Positions 36,790 to 45,554 of a stretch of 64,000 nt of DNA are shown here, piece after piece. The position numbers and the translations under genes were made by a program. Source of the stretch: Candidatus Aminicenantes bacterium. GTDB taxonomy: Bacteria; Acidobacteriota; Aminicenantia; UBA2199. The notes under the pieces were generated by a model. The model worked only from the letters and a program-made list of their open reading frames with translations, had not been told where the DNA came from and made no database searches. Every line of letters begins with the position of its first letter. The stretch's first letter is position 1. The stretch is taken from the NCBI GenBank assembly GCA_018262835.1, contig JADFDP010000005.1, positions 276-64,275 on the forward strand, read 5' to 3'.

Positions 36790-37713
36790 TCACGTTTTCT
36801 TGATGATCACCACGGTGACGTCGTCGTCGGGGCTGGGGTTGAAGGCCAGCAGGTCGGCCTTGACCTGGTCGAAGATGGCCCGCGCCGGCAGGTGCTTGTT
36901 GGCCCTGAGCATTTCTTCGAACCGCTGGGGGAAGTACTTTTTTCCGCCGGCGTCGCGGTGGTCGGACAAGCCGTCGGTATAGAGGACAAGGATATCCCCC
37001 CGCCCCATCAGGTTGATCTCGTTGACCGTGTACTTCTCCTTGACGCCGAGCAGCGGAACGGATTTCTCGCTGTTGCCGCGCGAGGGCATGGTGCCGATCT
37101 GGGGAAAAGAGACCAGCCGGTTTTCGCTGATGGCCACCAAACGGTCGAACTCGTTGGAGAAGACCATGGGCGGCGGGTGGGCGGCCGACAGGAAGCGGAA
37201 GGTGCCGTTTTCCAGGATCTCGCCATAGACCATGGTCAGGGTCTTGTGGATGCCTGAGGAGTTGTAGAATCGGGTGTTGATGTTGTCGAACAGGGTGGGG
37301 GTGATCTCGCCGAAGAATTTCAGCTCGTAGGAGACGCCGAGCAGAAAGGCCTGGTGGAACACCGAGGCGATGAAGGCCGAACCGTAGTCGTGCCCCTCGA
37401 CGTCGATGACGGCGATGCCGGCGCGCGCCGACGTGGCGCGCAGTTTGCTTTTCAGGTTCTCCGGGGCTTCGCGGATGAGCCGCTCCATCTTGTAGCGTTT
37501 CTTGAAATCGACATAGATGATGTGGTCGCCTCCGGCCTGGCCGTTGCGCGGCAGCGCCTCGCCGTAGACGTCGATCCAGGGGACCTCGGGCAGCTCGCTG
37601 GGCGGCGCGTCGAAGTTGTGGACCAGGGCGCTGAAATTCTTCAGCTCGCTGTTTAAAAACTTGATTCGTTCCCGCGCCGCGGCCAGCAGTTCGCTTTCGC
37701 TTTTTTCCTTCAT
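36790..37713 (-). CDS. Stand-alone PP2C/SpoIIE-type Ser/Thr phosphatase
   Basis: GGD, DVEGH, SAAHPPP, LYTDG, DDVT. Confidence 0.88.
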   Translation of the reverse strand: MKEKSESELLAAARERIKFLNSELKNFSALVHNFDAPPSELPEVPWIDVYGEALPRNGQAGGDHIIYVDFKKRYKMERLIREAPENLKSKLRATSARAGIAVIDVEGHDYGSAFIASVFHQAFLLGVSYELKFFGEITPTLFDNINTRFYNSSGIHKTLTMVYGEILENGTFRFLSAAHPPPMVFSNEFDRLVAISENRLVSFPQIGTMPSRGNSEKSVPLLGVKEKYTVNEINLMGRGDILVLYTDGLSDHRDAGGKKYFPQRFEEMLRANKHLPARAIFDQVKADLLAFNPSPDDDVTVVIIKKT

Positions 37714-37717
37714 GGCT

Positions 37718-40700
37718 TTAAAAAAGGATCTCGATGGAATTCGGGCCGGTCAGCTTTTCGATGTCCTTTTTCATGGAGGCGGTGGCGCGGATGCCCTGGC
37801 CCGGTTCGGAATTGATCACCACGCGCGCGTTGTCGGCGTGGTTGATGACGATGATATAGGGGACCGAGTCGCGGTTTTTTTCCAGCTTTTGCTTCAGCTT
37901 TTCATTGAAGCTCTCGTCGATCTGGTCGTAGTTGATGGTGACGACGATCTTGCGGGCCTTTTTTTTGAGCATGGCTTCGAGCTCATGCAGGTTCTCCAGG
38001 TAGAGGGTCTCCTCGCTTTCGGAATCGGCGCCGCGGAAATGGCTGCGCCCTTCCAAAAAATAGGGCACGTCGACCTTCAATTCCTTTTCCAGTGCCGACC
38101 ACCTGTCCTTGAAACACAGGACCTTGATGCGCCCGGTCAGGTCCTCGAAATAGATTTCGCCGTAGGGGTCGCCCTTTTTCGAGGTGCGGCGGGAAAATTC
38201 GGTGACCACTCCTCCCAGCTTGATGATCTCCCCCTTGAACTCGTAATTCTGGATGGCCAGGACGGTGGTGTTGGAGACCTTGCTGATCTCGCTGCTGAAT
38301 TTTTCCAGCGGGTTTTGCGTGACGTAGATGCCGGCGATCTCCCTTTCGCCCTTGATCATTTCGTTTTCCGGCCACTCCTCGAGCTTCAGGTATTCCCTGG
38401 GAATGCACTCTTCGGCGATCTCGTCGGCGAACAGGGCCTTCTGGTTGCGGCTGCGGTTCCTGCCGATGACGGCCGCCCTTTTGATCACGTCGCCGATGCT
38501 TTCGAACAGGACCCGTCTTTTCAGGCCGAAGCTGTCGCAGGCGCCGGACTTGATCAGGCTTTCCAGGACGTTCTTGTTGACCTTGCTCAGGTCGACGCGG
38601 GTGACGAAGTCGTTGAAGCTCTTGAATTCCCCGCCCTGGTCGCGCGCCTTGAGGATGATACCCAGGGCGGCGCTGCCCACGTTCTTCAGCCCGATCAGGC
38701 CGAAGCGGATGGCGCCGGCCGATTCGGCGTGGAAGTTTTCCCGGCTCTTGTTGAGGTCGGGCGGCAGGATGTCGAGTCCCATTTTCTTGCTTTCGGAAAT
38801 GTACTGGATGATCTTCGAGGAGGTGCTGGTCTTGTCGGCTTCGGAACTGAGATGGGCCGACATGAAATAAACGGGGTAGTGGGCTTTGAGGTAGGCCGTC
38901 TGGTAGGCCAGGTAGGCGTACGCCGTGGAGTGAGACTTGTTGAAGCCGTATTCGGCGAAGGTCTTCATCTGGCCGAAAAGTTCTTCGACCTTTTTTTTGT
39001 CATAGCCCTTCTTGGCGGCGCGCTCGAGGAATTTTTTTTCCTGGGCGGGCATCTTGCTCACTTCCTTCTTGCCCATGATCTTGCGCATTTCGTCGGCTTC
39101 GCTCATGGAGAAGCCGGCGATGCGCACCGATATCTGCATGACCTGTTCCTGGAAGACGATGATGCCGCATGTGTCCTGCAGAATATCCTCGAGTTCGGGG
39201 AAGATGAAGCTGATCTTCTCCCGCCCCAGCTTGCGGTTGACGTAGACATCGGCCATGCCCGACTGCAGCGGCCCGGGGCGGTACAGGGCGTTGAGCACGA
39301 TCAGGTCCTCGATGCGGGCCGGCTTGGATTTTTTCAGGTAGTCGCGCATGCCCGAGCTTTCGAATTGGAATATGCCGTCGGTGTCTCCTTTTTGGAAGAC
39401 CTTGAAAGTCTTGTTATCCAGCAGGTTGATGTTTTCCAGATCGATGGCCGTGCCCTCGTTTTCCAGCACCTCGCGCAGGATGTTCTTGATGATGGTCAGG
39501 GTTTTCAGGCCGAGAATGTCCATTTTCAGCAGGCCGATGTCCTCCACCTCGTCCTTTTCGAAATGGGTGGTGATGTCGTCCTTGGTCTTGTACAGCGGCA
39601 TGTATTCGGTCAGCTTTTTGGGGGCGATGACCACGCCGGCGGCGTGCATCGAGGTGTGGCGGATGTTGTTTTCCAGCTTCAGGGCGTATTGGATCAGCTT
39701 GGCGAACTCGGCGCTGCGCTTGATCTCGCTCTGCAATTCCGGGCTTTTCTCGAGAACGTCCTTCAACTCCACCTTGGGGCCCTCGGGGATTATTTTGGCC
39801 AGGCGGTTGACGTCGGACAGCTTGATTTCCATGACCCGGCCGATGTCGCGGATGGCCAGCTTGGCCTTCATGCGCCCGAAGGTGACGATCTGGGCCACGT
39901 TGTCCACGCCGTACTTGGCGCGGATGTATTCGATGACCTCGTCGCGGCGCTCGGCGTCGAAATCGATGTCGATATCGGGCAGGCTGATGCGTTCGGGGTT
40001 GAGGAAGCGCTCGAAGATCAGGTCGTACTCCAGCGGGTCGATGTTGGTGATGCCCATGACGAACGCCACCAGGCTGCCCACCACCGAGCCGCGGCCCGGG
40101 CCGACCGGGATGCCGCTTTCCTTGGCGAAGCGGATGATGTCCCAGACGATGAGGAAGTAGCCGGGGAAGCCCATTTCCCTGATTTTCTCTATCTCGTACA
40201 GCAGGCGTTTCTGGTATTCCTCGTGGCTGTGCTTCAGGTGCTTGGACTTGGACAGGTACTGGTGCTGGATGCGCTCGAAGCCCTCGAGACAGATCTTTTC
40301 GAAAAAATCGTCGACGCTCAGCTTGCCTGGAGTCTTAAAGGCGGGCAGGAAGTATTTTTTCAGCTTGAATTCAAAATTGCAGCGCGAAGCGATGTCGAAG
40401 GTATTCTCCAGGGCGTCCGGCACGGCGGAGAACAGGGCGGCCATCTCCTCGCTGGATTTGAAATAGAGCTGCTCGGTCTCCTTTTTCATCGGTCGCTCGG
40501 CGTCGCTGATGACGTTGGTGGTCTGCAGGCAGATCAGGATCTCGCGGGCGTCGGCGTCCTCCCGGGTCAGGTAGTGGACATCGTTGCTGGCCGCCAGCGG
40601 GATGTCCAGGTCACGGGCCAGGCCGATCAGCTGGGGCAGGACCTGCACCTGCTCGGCCAGGCCGTGATTCTGCAGCTCGATGTAAAAATTATCCTTGAAA

Positions 40701-41200
40701 ACCTCCCGGTACCAGCGGGCCGCCGCCCTGGCCTTGTCTTCGTGGCCGCGCAGGAGCTGGCAGGGAATCTCGCCCTGGATGCAGGATGACATGACCAGCA
40801 GGCCGTCCTTGTATTTTTCCAGCAGTTCCTTGTCGATGCGCGGCTTGCGGTAAAAGCCCTCCAGGAAGGAGGCGGTGATCAGCTCGCACAGGTTGCGGTA
40901 GCCCTGTTCATTCTTGACCAGAACCAGCAGGTGGAAATAATTGAGCTCGTCCTCGCGGCGGTTGGGCTTGTCGAAGCGGGAAACCGGTGCCAGGTAGAGT
41001 TCGGAACCGATGATGGGCTTGATCTCGTTCTGCTGGGCTTTCTTATAGAAATTGACAGCGCCCAGGATGGAGCCGTGGTCGGTCAGGGCCACGGCGGGCA
41101 TCTGGAAGGCGCGGGCTTTTTTCAGCAGGTCGTCGACCTTCAGGGTGGAATCGAGCAGGCTGTATTCCGAATGCAGGTGCAGGTGGATGAAACTCTTCAT
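37718..41200 (-). CDS. dnaE: DNA polymerase III alpha subunit
   Basis: FIHLHLHSEYSLLD, GPGRGS, PDIDIDF, YGFNKSH; ATG overlaps guaA stop (ATGA). Confidence 0.97.
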   Translation of the reverse strand: MKSFIHLHLHSEYSLLDSTLKVDDLLKKARAFQMPAVALTDHGSILGAVNFYKKAQQNEIKPIIGSELYLAPVSRFDKPNRREDELNYFHLLVLVKNEQGYRNLCELITASFLEGFYRKPRIDKELLEKYKDGLLVMSSCIQGEIPCQLLRGHEDKARAAARWYREVFKDNFYIELQNHGLAEQVQVLPQLIGLARDLDIPLAASNDVHYLTREDADAREILICLQTTNVISDAERPMKKETEQLYFKSSEEMAALFSAVPDALENTFDIASRCNFEFKLKKYFLPAFKTPGKLSVDDFFEKICLEGFERIQHQYLSKSKHLKHSHEEYQKRLLYEIEKIREMGFPGYFLIVWDIIRFAKESGIPVGPGRGSVVGSLVAFVMGITNIDPLEYDLIFERFLNPERISLPDIDIDFDAERRDEVIEYIRAKYGVDNVAQIVTFGRMKAKLAIRDIGRVMEIKLSDVNRLAKIIPEGPKVELKDVLEKSPELQSEIKRSAEFAKLIQYALKLENNIRHTSMHAAGVVIAPKKLTEYMPLYKTKDDITTHFEKDEVEDIGLLKMDILGLKTLTIIKNILREVLENEGTAIDLENINLLDNKTFKVFQKGDTDGIFQFESSGMRDYLKKSKPARIEDLIVLNALYRPGPLQSGMADVYVNRKLGREKISFIFPELEDILQDTCGIIVFQEQVMQISVRIAGFSMSEADEMRKIMGKKEVSKMPAQEKKFLERAAKKGYDKKKVEELFGQMKTFAEYGFNKSHSTAYAYLAYQTAYLKAHYPVYFMSAHLSSEADKTSTSSKIIQYISESKKMGLDILPPDLNKSRENFHAESAGAIRFGLIGLKNVGSAALGIILKARDQGGEFKSFNDFVTRVDLSKVNKNVLESLIKSGACDSFGLKRRVLFESIGDVIKRAAVIGRNRSRNQKALFADEIAEECIPREYLKLEEWPENEMIKGEREIAGIYVTQNPLEKFSSEISKVSNTTVLAIQNYEFKGEIIKLGGVVTEFSRRTSKKGDPYGEIYFEDLTGRIKVLCFKDRWSALEKELKVDVPYFLEGRSHFRGADSESEETLYLENLHELEAMLKKKARKIVVTINYDQIDESFNEKLKQKLEKNRDSVPYIIVINHADNARVVINSEPGQGIRATASMKKDIEKLTGPNSIEILF

Positions 41201-42729
41201 TCCCATTCGATGGTCGCCGGCGGCTTGGAGGTGATGTCGTAGGCCACGCGGTTGACCGCGCGGATCTGGCGGACGATGCGGTTGGCGGCGGCGTCCAGGA
41301 CTTCCGCCGGCAGCGCCGCCCAGTTGGCGGTCATGCCGTCGGTTGAGGTCACGGCGCGCAGGGCGATGACGTTGCCGTAGGCCCGTTCGTCGCCCATCAC
41401 CCCGACGCTGCGCACCGGCAGCAGCACGGCGAACGCCTGCCAGGTTTTTTCGTACCAGCCGCTGCTTTTCAGTTCGCTGATGAAAATGTCGTCGGCCTGC
41501 TTCAGGATGGCGAGTTTCCTTGGCGTGATGTCGCCCAGGATGCGCACGGCCAGGCCCGGCCCGGGGAAGGGGTGGCGGTTGAGAATGTCGGCGGGAATGT
41601 CCAGCAGGCGCGCCACTTCCCGCACCTCGTCCTTGAACAGGAATTTGAACGGCTCGATGATCCGGCCCTGCCTTTCCAGCTTCTGGACCTCGCGCACGCG
41701 GTTGTGGTGGGTCTTGATGGTCTGCGACGGGCCCTGGACCGGGTTGCTTTCGATCACGTCGGGATAGAGCGTGCCCTGGATGAGGAAATCGAAGTTTTTG
41801 AGGCCGCGGTAGAAGACGTCGATGAAGGTCTTGCCGATGATCTTGCGCTTCCTTTCCGGCGCGGCGACCCCTTTCAGGTTTTTCAGGAAACGGCCGCTGG
41901 CGTTGATGTAGGTGACCTTCAGCCCCAGGCGCCGGCGCAGGTTGTCCAAAACCTCCTTCTCCTCGTCCAGCCGCAGCAGGCCGTTGTTGACGAAAATGGA
42001 GGTGACTTTCCCAGCCAGCGCCCGCTGCAGCAGAACCGCCAGGGTGGTGGAGTCGACGCCGCCGCTGACGCCCAGCACCACGCGCTTGCCCAGGCATTGC
42101 TCCCGCAGCTTGGCGGTCTCGTTTTCGATGAAGTTCTTCATGCTCCAGCTGCGGTCGGTTTTGGCGATGGCGAACAGGAAATTGGCCAGGATCTTCTTGC
42201 CTTCCAGGCTGTGCATGACCTCGGGATGGAACTGCACTGCGAAAATATTTTTACTCCTGTTTTCGATGGCCGCGATGGTGCCGTCGGCGGAGCGGGCGGT
42301 GACATGGTAGCCGGGAGCCGGTGTTGCCACCGAATCGCCGTGGCTCATCCAGACCGTGCTGTGGTCCGGCACGTTTTCGAAGAGGGGGGTTACGGCCTTG
42401 ATGTCGAGCTGCGCCTTGCCGTACTCGCGCCGGGCCGAGCGCTCCACCCGGCCGCCCTGCATCCGGGTGAGCAGCTGCATGCCGTAGCAGATGCCCAGGA
42501 TGGGGATGCCCGCTGCGAACAGTTCCCTGCCCACGCGCGGCGCCCCGGCGGCGGTGGTGCTGGCCGGCCCGCCCGAGAGGATGATGCCGGCCGGCGGCGC
42601 GGCCAGGATCTTTTTCAAACTGTAATTGTAGGGCTGGATCTCGGAAAAAACGCCCAGCTCGCGGACGCGGCGGGCGATGAGCTGGGTGTATTGCGAGCCG
42701 AAGTCGAGGATCAGGATTTTGCCTTTCAT
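41197..42729 (-). CDS. guaA: GMP synthase (glutamine-hydrolysing)
   Basis: DFGSQY, GICYGMQ, QFHPEV, SGGVDS, PFPGPGL, KPPATIEWE. Confidence 0.97.
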   Translation of the reverse strand: MKGKILILDFGSQYTQLIARRVRELGVFSEIQPYNYSLKKILAAPPAGIILSGGPASTTAAGAPRVGRELFAAGIPILGICYGMQLLTRMQGGRVERSARREYGKAQLDIKAVTPLFENVPDHSTVWMSHGDSVATPAPGYHVTARSADGTIAAIENRSKNIFAVQFHPEVMHSLEGKKILANFLFAIAKTDRSWSMKNFIENETAKLREQCLGKRVVLGVSGGVDSTTLAVLLQRALAGKVTSIFVNNGLLRLDEEKEVLDNLRRRLGLKVTYINASGRFLKNLKGVAAPERKRKIIGKTFIDVFYRGLKNFDFLIQGTLYPDVIESNPVQGPSQTIKTHHNRVREVQKLERQGRIIEPFKFLFKDEVREVARLLDIPADILNRHPFPGPGLAVRILGDITPRKLAILKQADDIFISELKSSGWYEKTWQAFAVLLPVRSVGVMGDERAYGNVIALRAVTSTDGMTANWAALPAEVLDAAANRIVRQIRAVNRVAYDITSKPPATIEWE

Positions 42730-43001
42730 GGATGCCCGGATTGTAGCAGATAAGCCGCCGGGGTTCAATAAGGGATTCCCTGATTTTTGCCGCAAAATTG
42801 ACATCGCAGGTATGATTTTGTTCATATTTTATGACAGGGAATCAATGATCTGTCTGAAAAAAAGGACAAAAAAAGAAAAATACCTGGCAACAAATATGCA
42901 AGTTGTCGGGTGTGGGTGTCAGGAATGAATTAAAAGGAACCAGCAATTTGGGGGACAAGGATTCCTTTGTAGGCGGTTGATTTGTCTTCCTTAGCGGAGG
43001 C

Positions 43002-44534
43002 ATGATGAAAGCTTTCATTTGGCTGTTCGTGTTCATGGCATTGGCTCTCAGGCTGCCGGCAGACGAGGTGATCCGCGAGCAGGTCCAGGTGAAGTGGTTC
43101 GCGGTGCCGCTGGCCGCCACCGACGAACGAGGCAAGTGCGTGGCCGACCTGAAGCCCGATGAGATTGAAGTCTATCTGGAAGGCCTCAAGGTCGACTCCT
43201 TCCGTTTGGTGCGCCTGAGCTATGCCGTCGAGAAAGATCAGGAAAAACTTGCTCCGGAAGTGCCGGTCGAGACGCTGGTGACGTTTCTCGTGTTCGACAA
43301 TATCCTGACCGATTCGAACCGGCTCAACTACGCCAAGGCGATGGCGATCGATATGGTGAAGCGGGCCGAGGGCCGGCAGTCCTTCGTGGTCATGTGCCTT
43401 GAGTACATCGGCGGCTTGAAATACCTGTGCGGTCCCAGTCGGCAAACCGGGGAGGTTATCAACGCGATTGAGAAAAAAGTCCGCGCCAGCCGCAGCCGGT
43501 TCTCGTTCCATGCTTACGCCCATGATGACATTGCCGTACAAAATCCTTATCCTACCCCGGAGGTTCTTTTAACGGAAGCGGAAAAAGAGGCGGCGAGACG
43601 TGAAAAAATGATGATAATGGAGAGATATCGCCAAACGGTATTAAACTATCTGGAGGCGATGAGAACTCTCAGCCTGGCCCTGCAAACCATCCGCCACAAG
43701 TCCGTTTTCCTTTTTTCGATCGGGATCAAGAACGGATTTTTCGCCGCTGATATGTTTAAAACCTCGGAAGAGATGAAATCCCTCGATTGTGAAGTCATCG
43801 TGGATACGCCCAAGGCACCTGGCGCGGGAAGTGGCGGTTCCGGAATCAGGGGCTTGCAGTTCATGGTCGGCGATCTGGCCCGGCGCGTAAACCGTACGGG
43901 AGCATTCCTCGTGGTCCTGAACCCGGAAGCGGCGAATCCTTCTGCCGGCGATCCCGATTCCGGCGGACTCATGTCGCATCAATTGGCGAGAGACAGCGGC
44001 GGGGTATACCTGAACTCCATGAAGGAGGATATGAAGGAGAGGGCCCTGGAGCTGACGCGCGCTTTCTATGAAGTGCAGTTCGCGGACCCGGGCGTGAGTG
44101 ACAAAGAGATGCTGCGCGTCGACGTCCGCGGCAAGCGGCCGGGGGTATCGATCCATTCGCTGCACCACGCGAGCCGCGGCCGCAAGTACGGGGAGCTGAC
44201 CGGGTTCGAGAAGGAGCTGCTGGCCGTGGATGCGGCGGCATCCAGCTACTGGGCCCGCTCCATCCTGGCGGTCCGGCGCGAGCGCCTGCCGCGGCCCGGA
44301 ATATCCGATAAGCAGGCGATGTATGACCTGGTCCTGCCGCCGGAGTTCCGCCAGAAGGAGGTCGACATCTTCTTCGTCCAGGTCGATGCAAAGAGGAATG
44401 ACGCCATGGTGTCCAGACAGAGCCTTGTCCCTGAGAGCGATCGATACTCCTATGCGGTGAAGCCGTTGCAGGGGTATAAGCCCGCGTTTTTCATCGTCTG
44501 CGGCCGCATAAGCAAAGCCATTCTGCTTCAGTAA
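43002..44534 (+). CDS. Secreted VWA-like protein (Acidobacteria VWFA type)
   Basis: V.V....V..A.D..G..V.DL...E..V..G, K.V.LFS.G, LA..SGG; GGAGG SD. Confidence 0.7.
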   Translation: MMKAFIWLFVFMALALRLPADEVIREQVQVKWFAVPLAATDERGKCVADLKPDEIEVYLEGLKVDSFRLVRLSYAVEKDQEKLAPEVPVETLVTFLVFDNILTDSNRLNYAKAMAIDMVKRAEGRQSFVVMCLEYIGGLKYLCGPSRQTGEVINAIEKKVRASRSRFSFHAYAHDDIAVQNPYPTPEVLLTEAEKEAARREKMMIMERYRQTVLNYLEAMRTLSLALQTIRHKSVFLFSIGIKNGFFAADMFKTSEEMKSLDCEVIVDTPKAPGAGSGGSGIRGLQFMVGDLARRVNRTGAFLVVLNPEAANPSAGDPDSGGLMSHQLARDSGGVYLNSMKEDMKERALELTRAFYEVQFADPGVSDKEMLRVDVRGKRPGVSIHSLHHASRGRKYGELTGFEKELLAVDAAASSYWARSILAVRRERLPRPGISDKQAMYDLVLPPEFRQKEVDIFFVQVDAKRNDAMVSRQSLVPESDRYSYAVKPLQGYKPAFFIVCGRISKAILLQ

Positions 44535-44669
44535 ATGCGGCCCGGGCTTTCTGCGGGTGAGGATCAAGCCGTCCATGGATTCCGGCAAGGCAAAAGGTTT
44601 TTACGTTCGATGATTTGCCTGGACAGGATCTCGTTGATTTTTGGCATTTGAGGTATTATACTGTCCCGC

Positions 44670-45491
44670 ATGCCCGAACTTCCCGAAGTGGAAACCATTG
44701 TCCGCGGACTGCGCCGGCAGGTGGTCGGCAAGACCATGGCCGCCGTCCGCCTGTTCTGGCCGCGCTCGATTGAAGGCTCAGCCGCGGAATTTCACCGGCA
44801 ACTGAAAGGCATGACCGTGGCCGGTATTTTCCGGCGCGGCAAGTACATCGGCGTGGAGGGCGAGGATGGCACTTTTTTCACCATCCACCTGCGCATGACC
44901 GGCAAGCTGGTGCGGGAACTCGCGGCCCCGGACCGCAAGCACCTGCGAGTGCAATTCATGTTCAGCGACGGCACGGCGCTCTATTTCATCGACGCCCGCA
45001 AGTTCGGCCGCCTGCGCCTGTGGCCCTGCCGCGGCCTGTCCTGCCCGGGCCTGGGCCCGGAACCGCTGCGCGCATCGGCCGTGCTGGCGGCGCTGCGCGC
45101 GTTGAGGACGATGCGGCCGATCAAGTCCGTCCTGCTGGACCAGGCCGTATTGGCCGGCATCGGCAACATCTACGCCGACGAGGCGCTGTTCGCGGCCGGC
45201 ATCCATCCCCTGCGGCCACTGTCCAGCTTAAGCGGTAAGGAGATCCTGCGCGTAAGCCGGAGCGCGCCGCGCGTCCTCCACGAGGCTATAGGTCGCAGGG
45301 GGACGACGCTGCGCAACTACCGCTCCGTGGATGGCCGCAGCGGAGAAAACCAGGAGCATCTCAATGTGTACGGGCGGACCGGAGAGCCTTGCTGCGAATG
45401 CGGCTCACCGATCGAGAGGATCCGTATTAACAGCCGTTCCTCGCACTTCTGCCCCGGCTGCCAGAAGAAGATGTCGGACGCCGGACGTTAG
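44670..45491 (+). CDS. mutM: Formamidopyrimidine-DNA glycosylase
   Basis: MPELPEVE, RRGK, HLRMTG, GIGNIYADE, C4 zinc finger. Confidence 0.96.
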   Translation: MPELPEVETIVRGLRRQVVGKTMAAVRLFWPRSIEGSAAEFHRQLKGMTVAGIFRRGKYIGVEGEDGTFFTIHLRMTGKLVRELAAPDRKHLRVQFMFSDGTALYFIDARKFGRLRLWPCRGLSCPGLGPEPLRASAVLAALRALRTMRPIKSVLLDQAVLAGIGNIYADEALFAAGIHPLRPLSSLSGKEILRVSRSAPRVLHEAIGRRGTTLRNYRSVDGRSGENQEHLNVYGRTGEPCCECGSPIERIRINSRSSHFCPGCQKKMSDAGR

Positions 45492-45554
45492 TCGTCAGCA
45501 AGAGAACGCGGTTCCAGCGACTTCACCCCCTCCGATTCATCCCTTGAATTTTCT

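Noticed and set aside
37616-40789. 1057-aa plus-strand ORF
   Set aside because: Antisense shadow of dnaE caused by GC-rich codon bias; no motifs.
41201-42097. 299-codon N-terminal extension of the dnaE ORF call, or a GuaA-DnaE frameshift fusion
   Set aside because: It is an alternative frame of guaA with Arg/Gly/Pro-rich junk. DnaE homology starts at MKSFIHLH (41200) in a normal ATGA overlap and I saw no slippery site.
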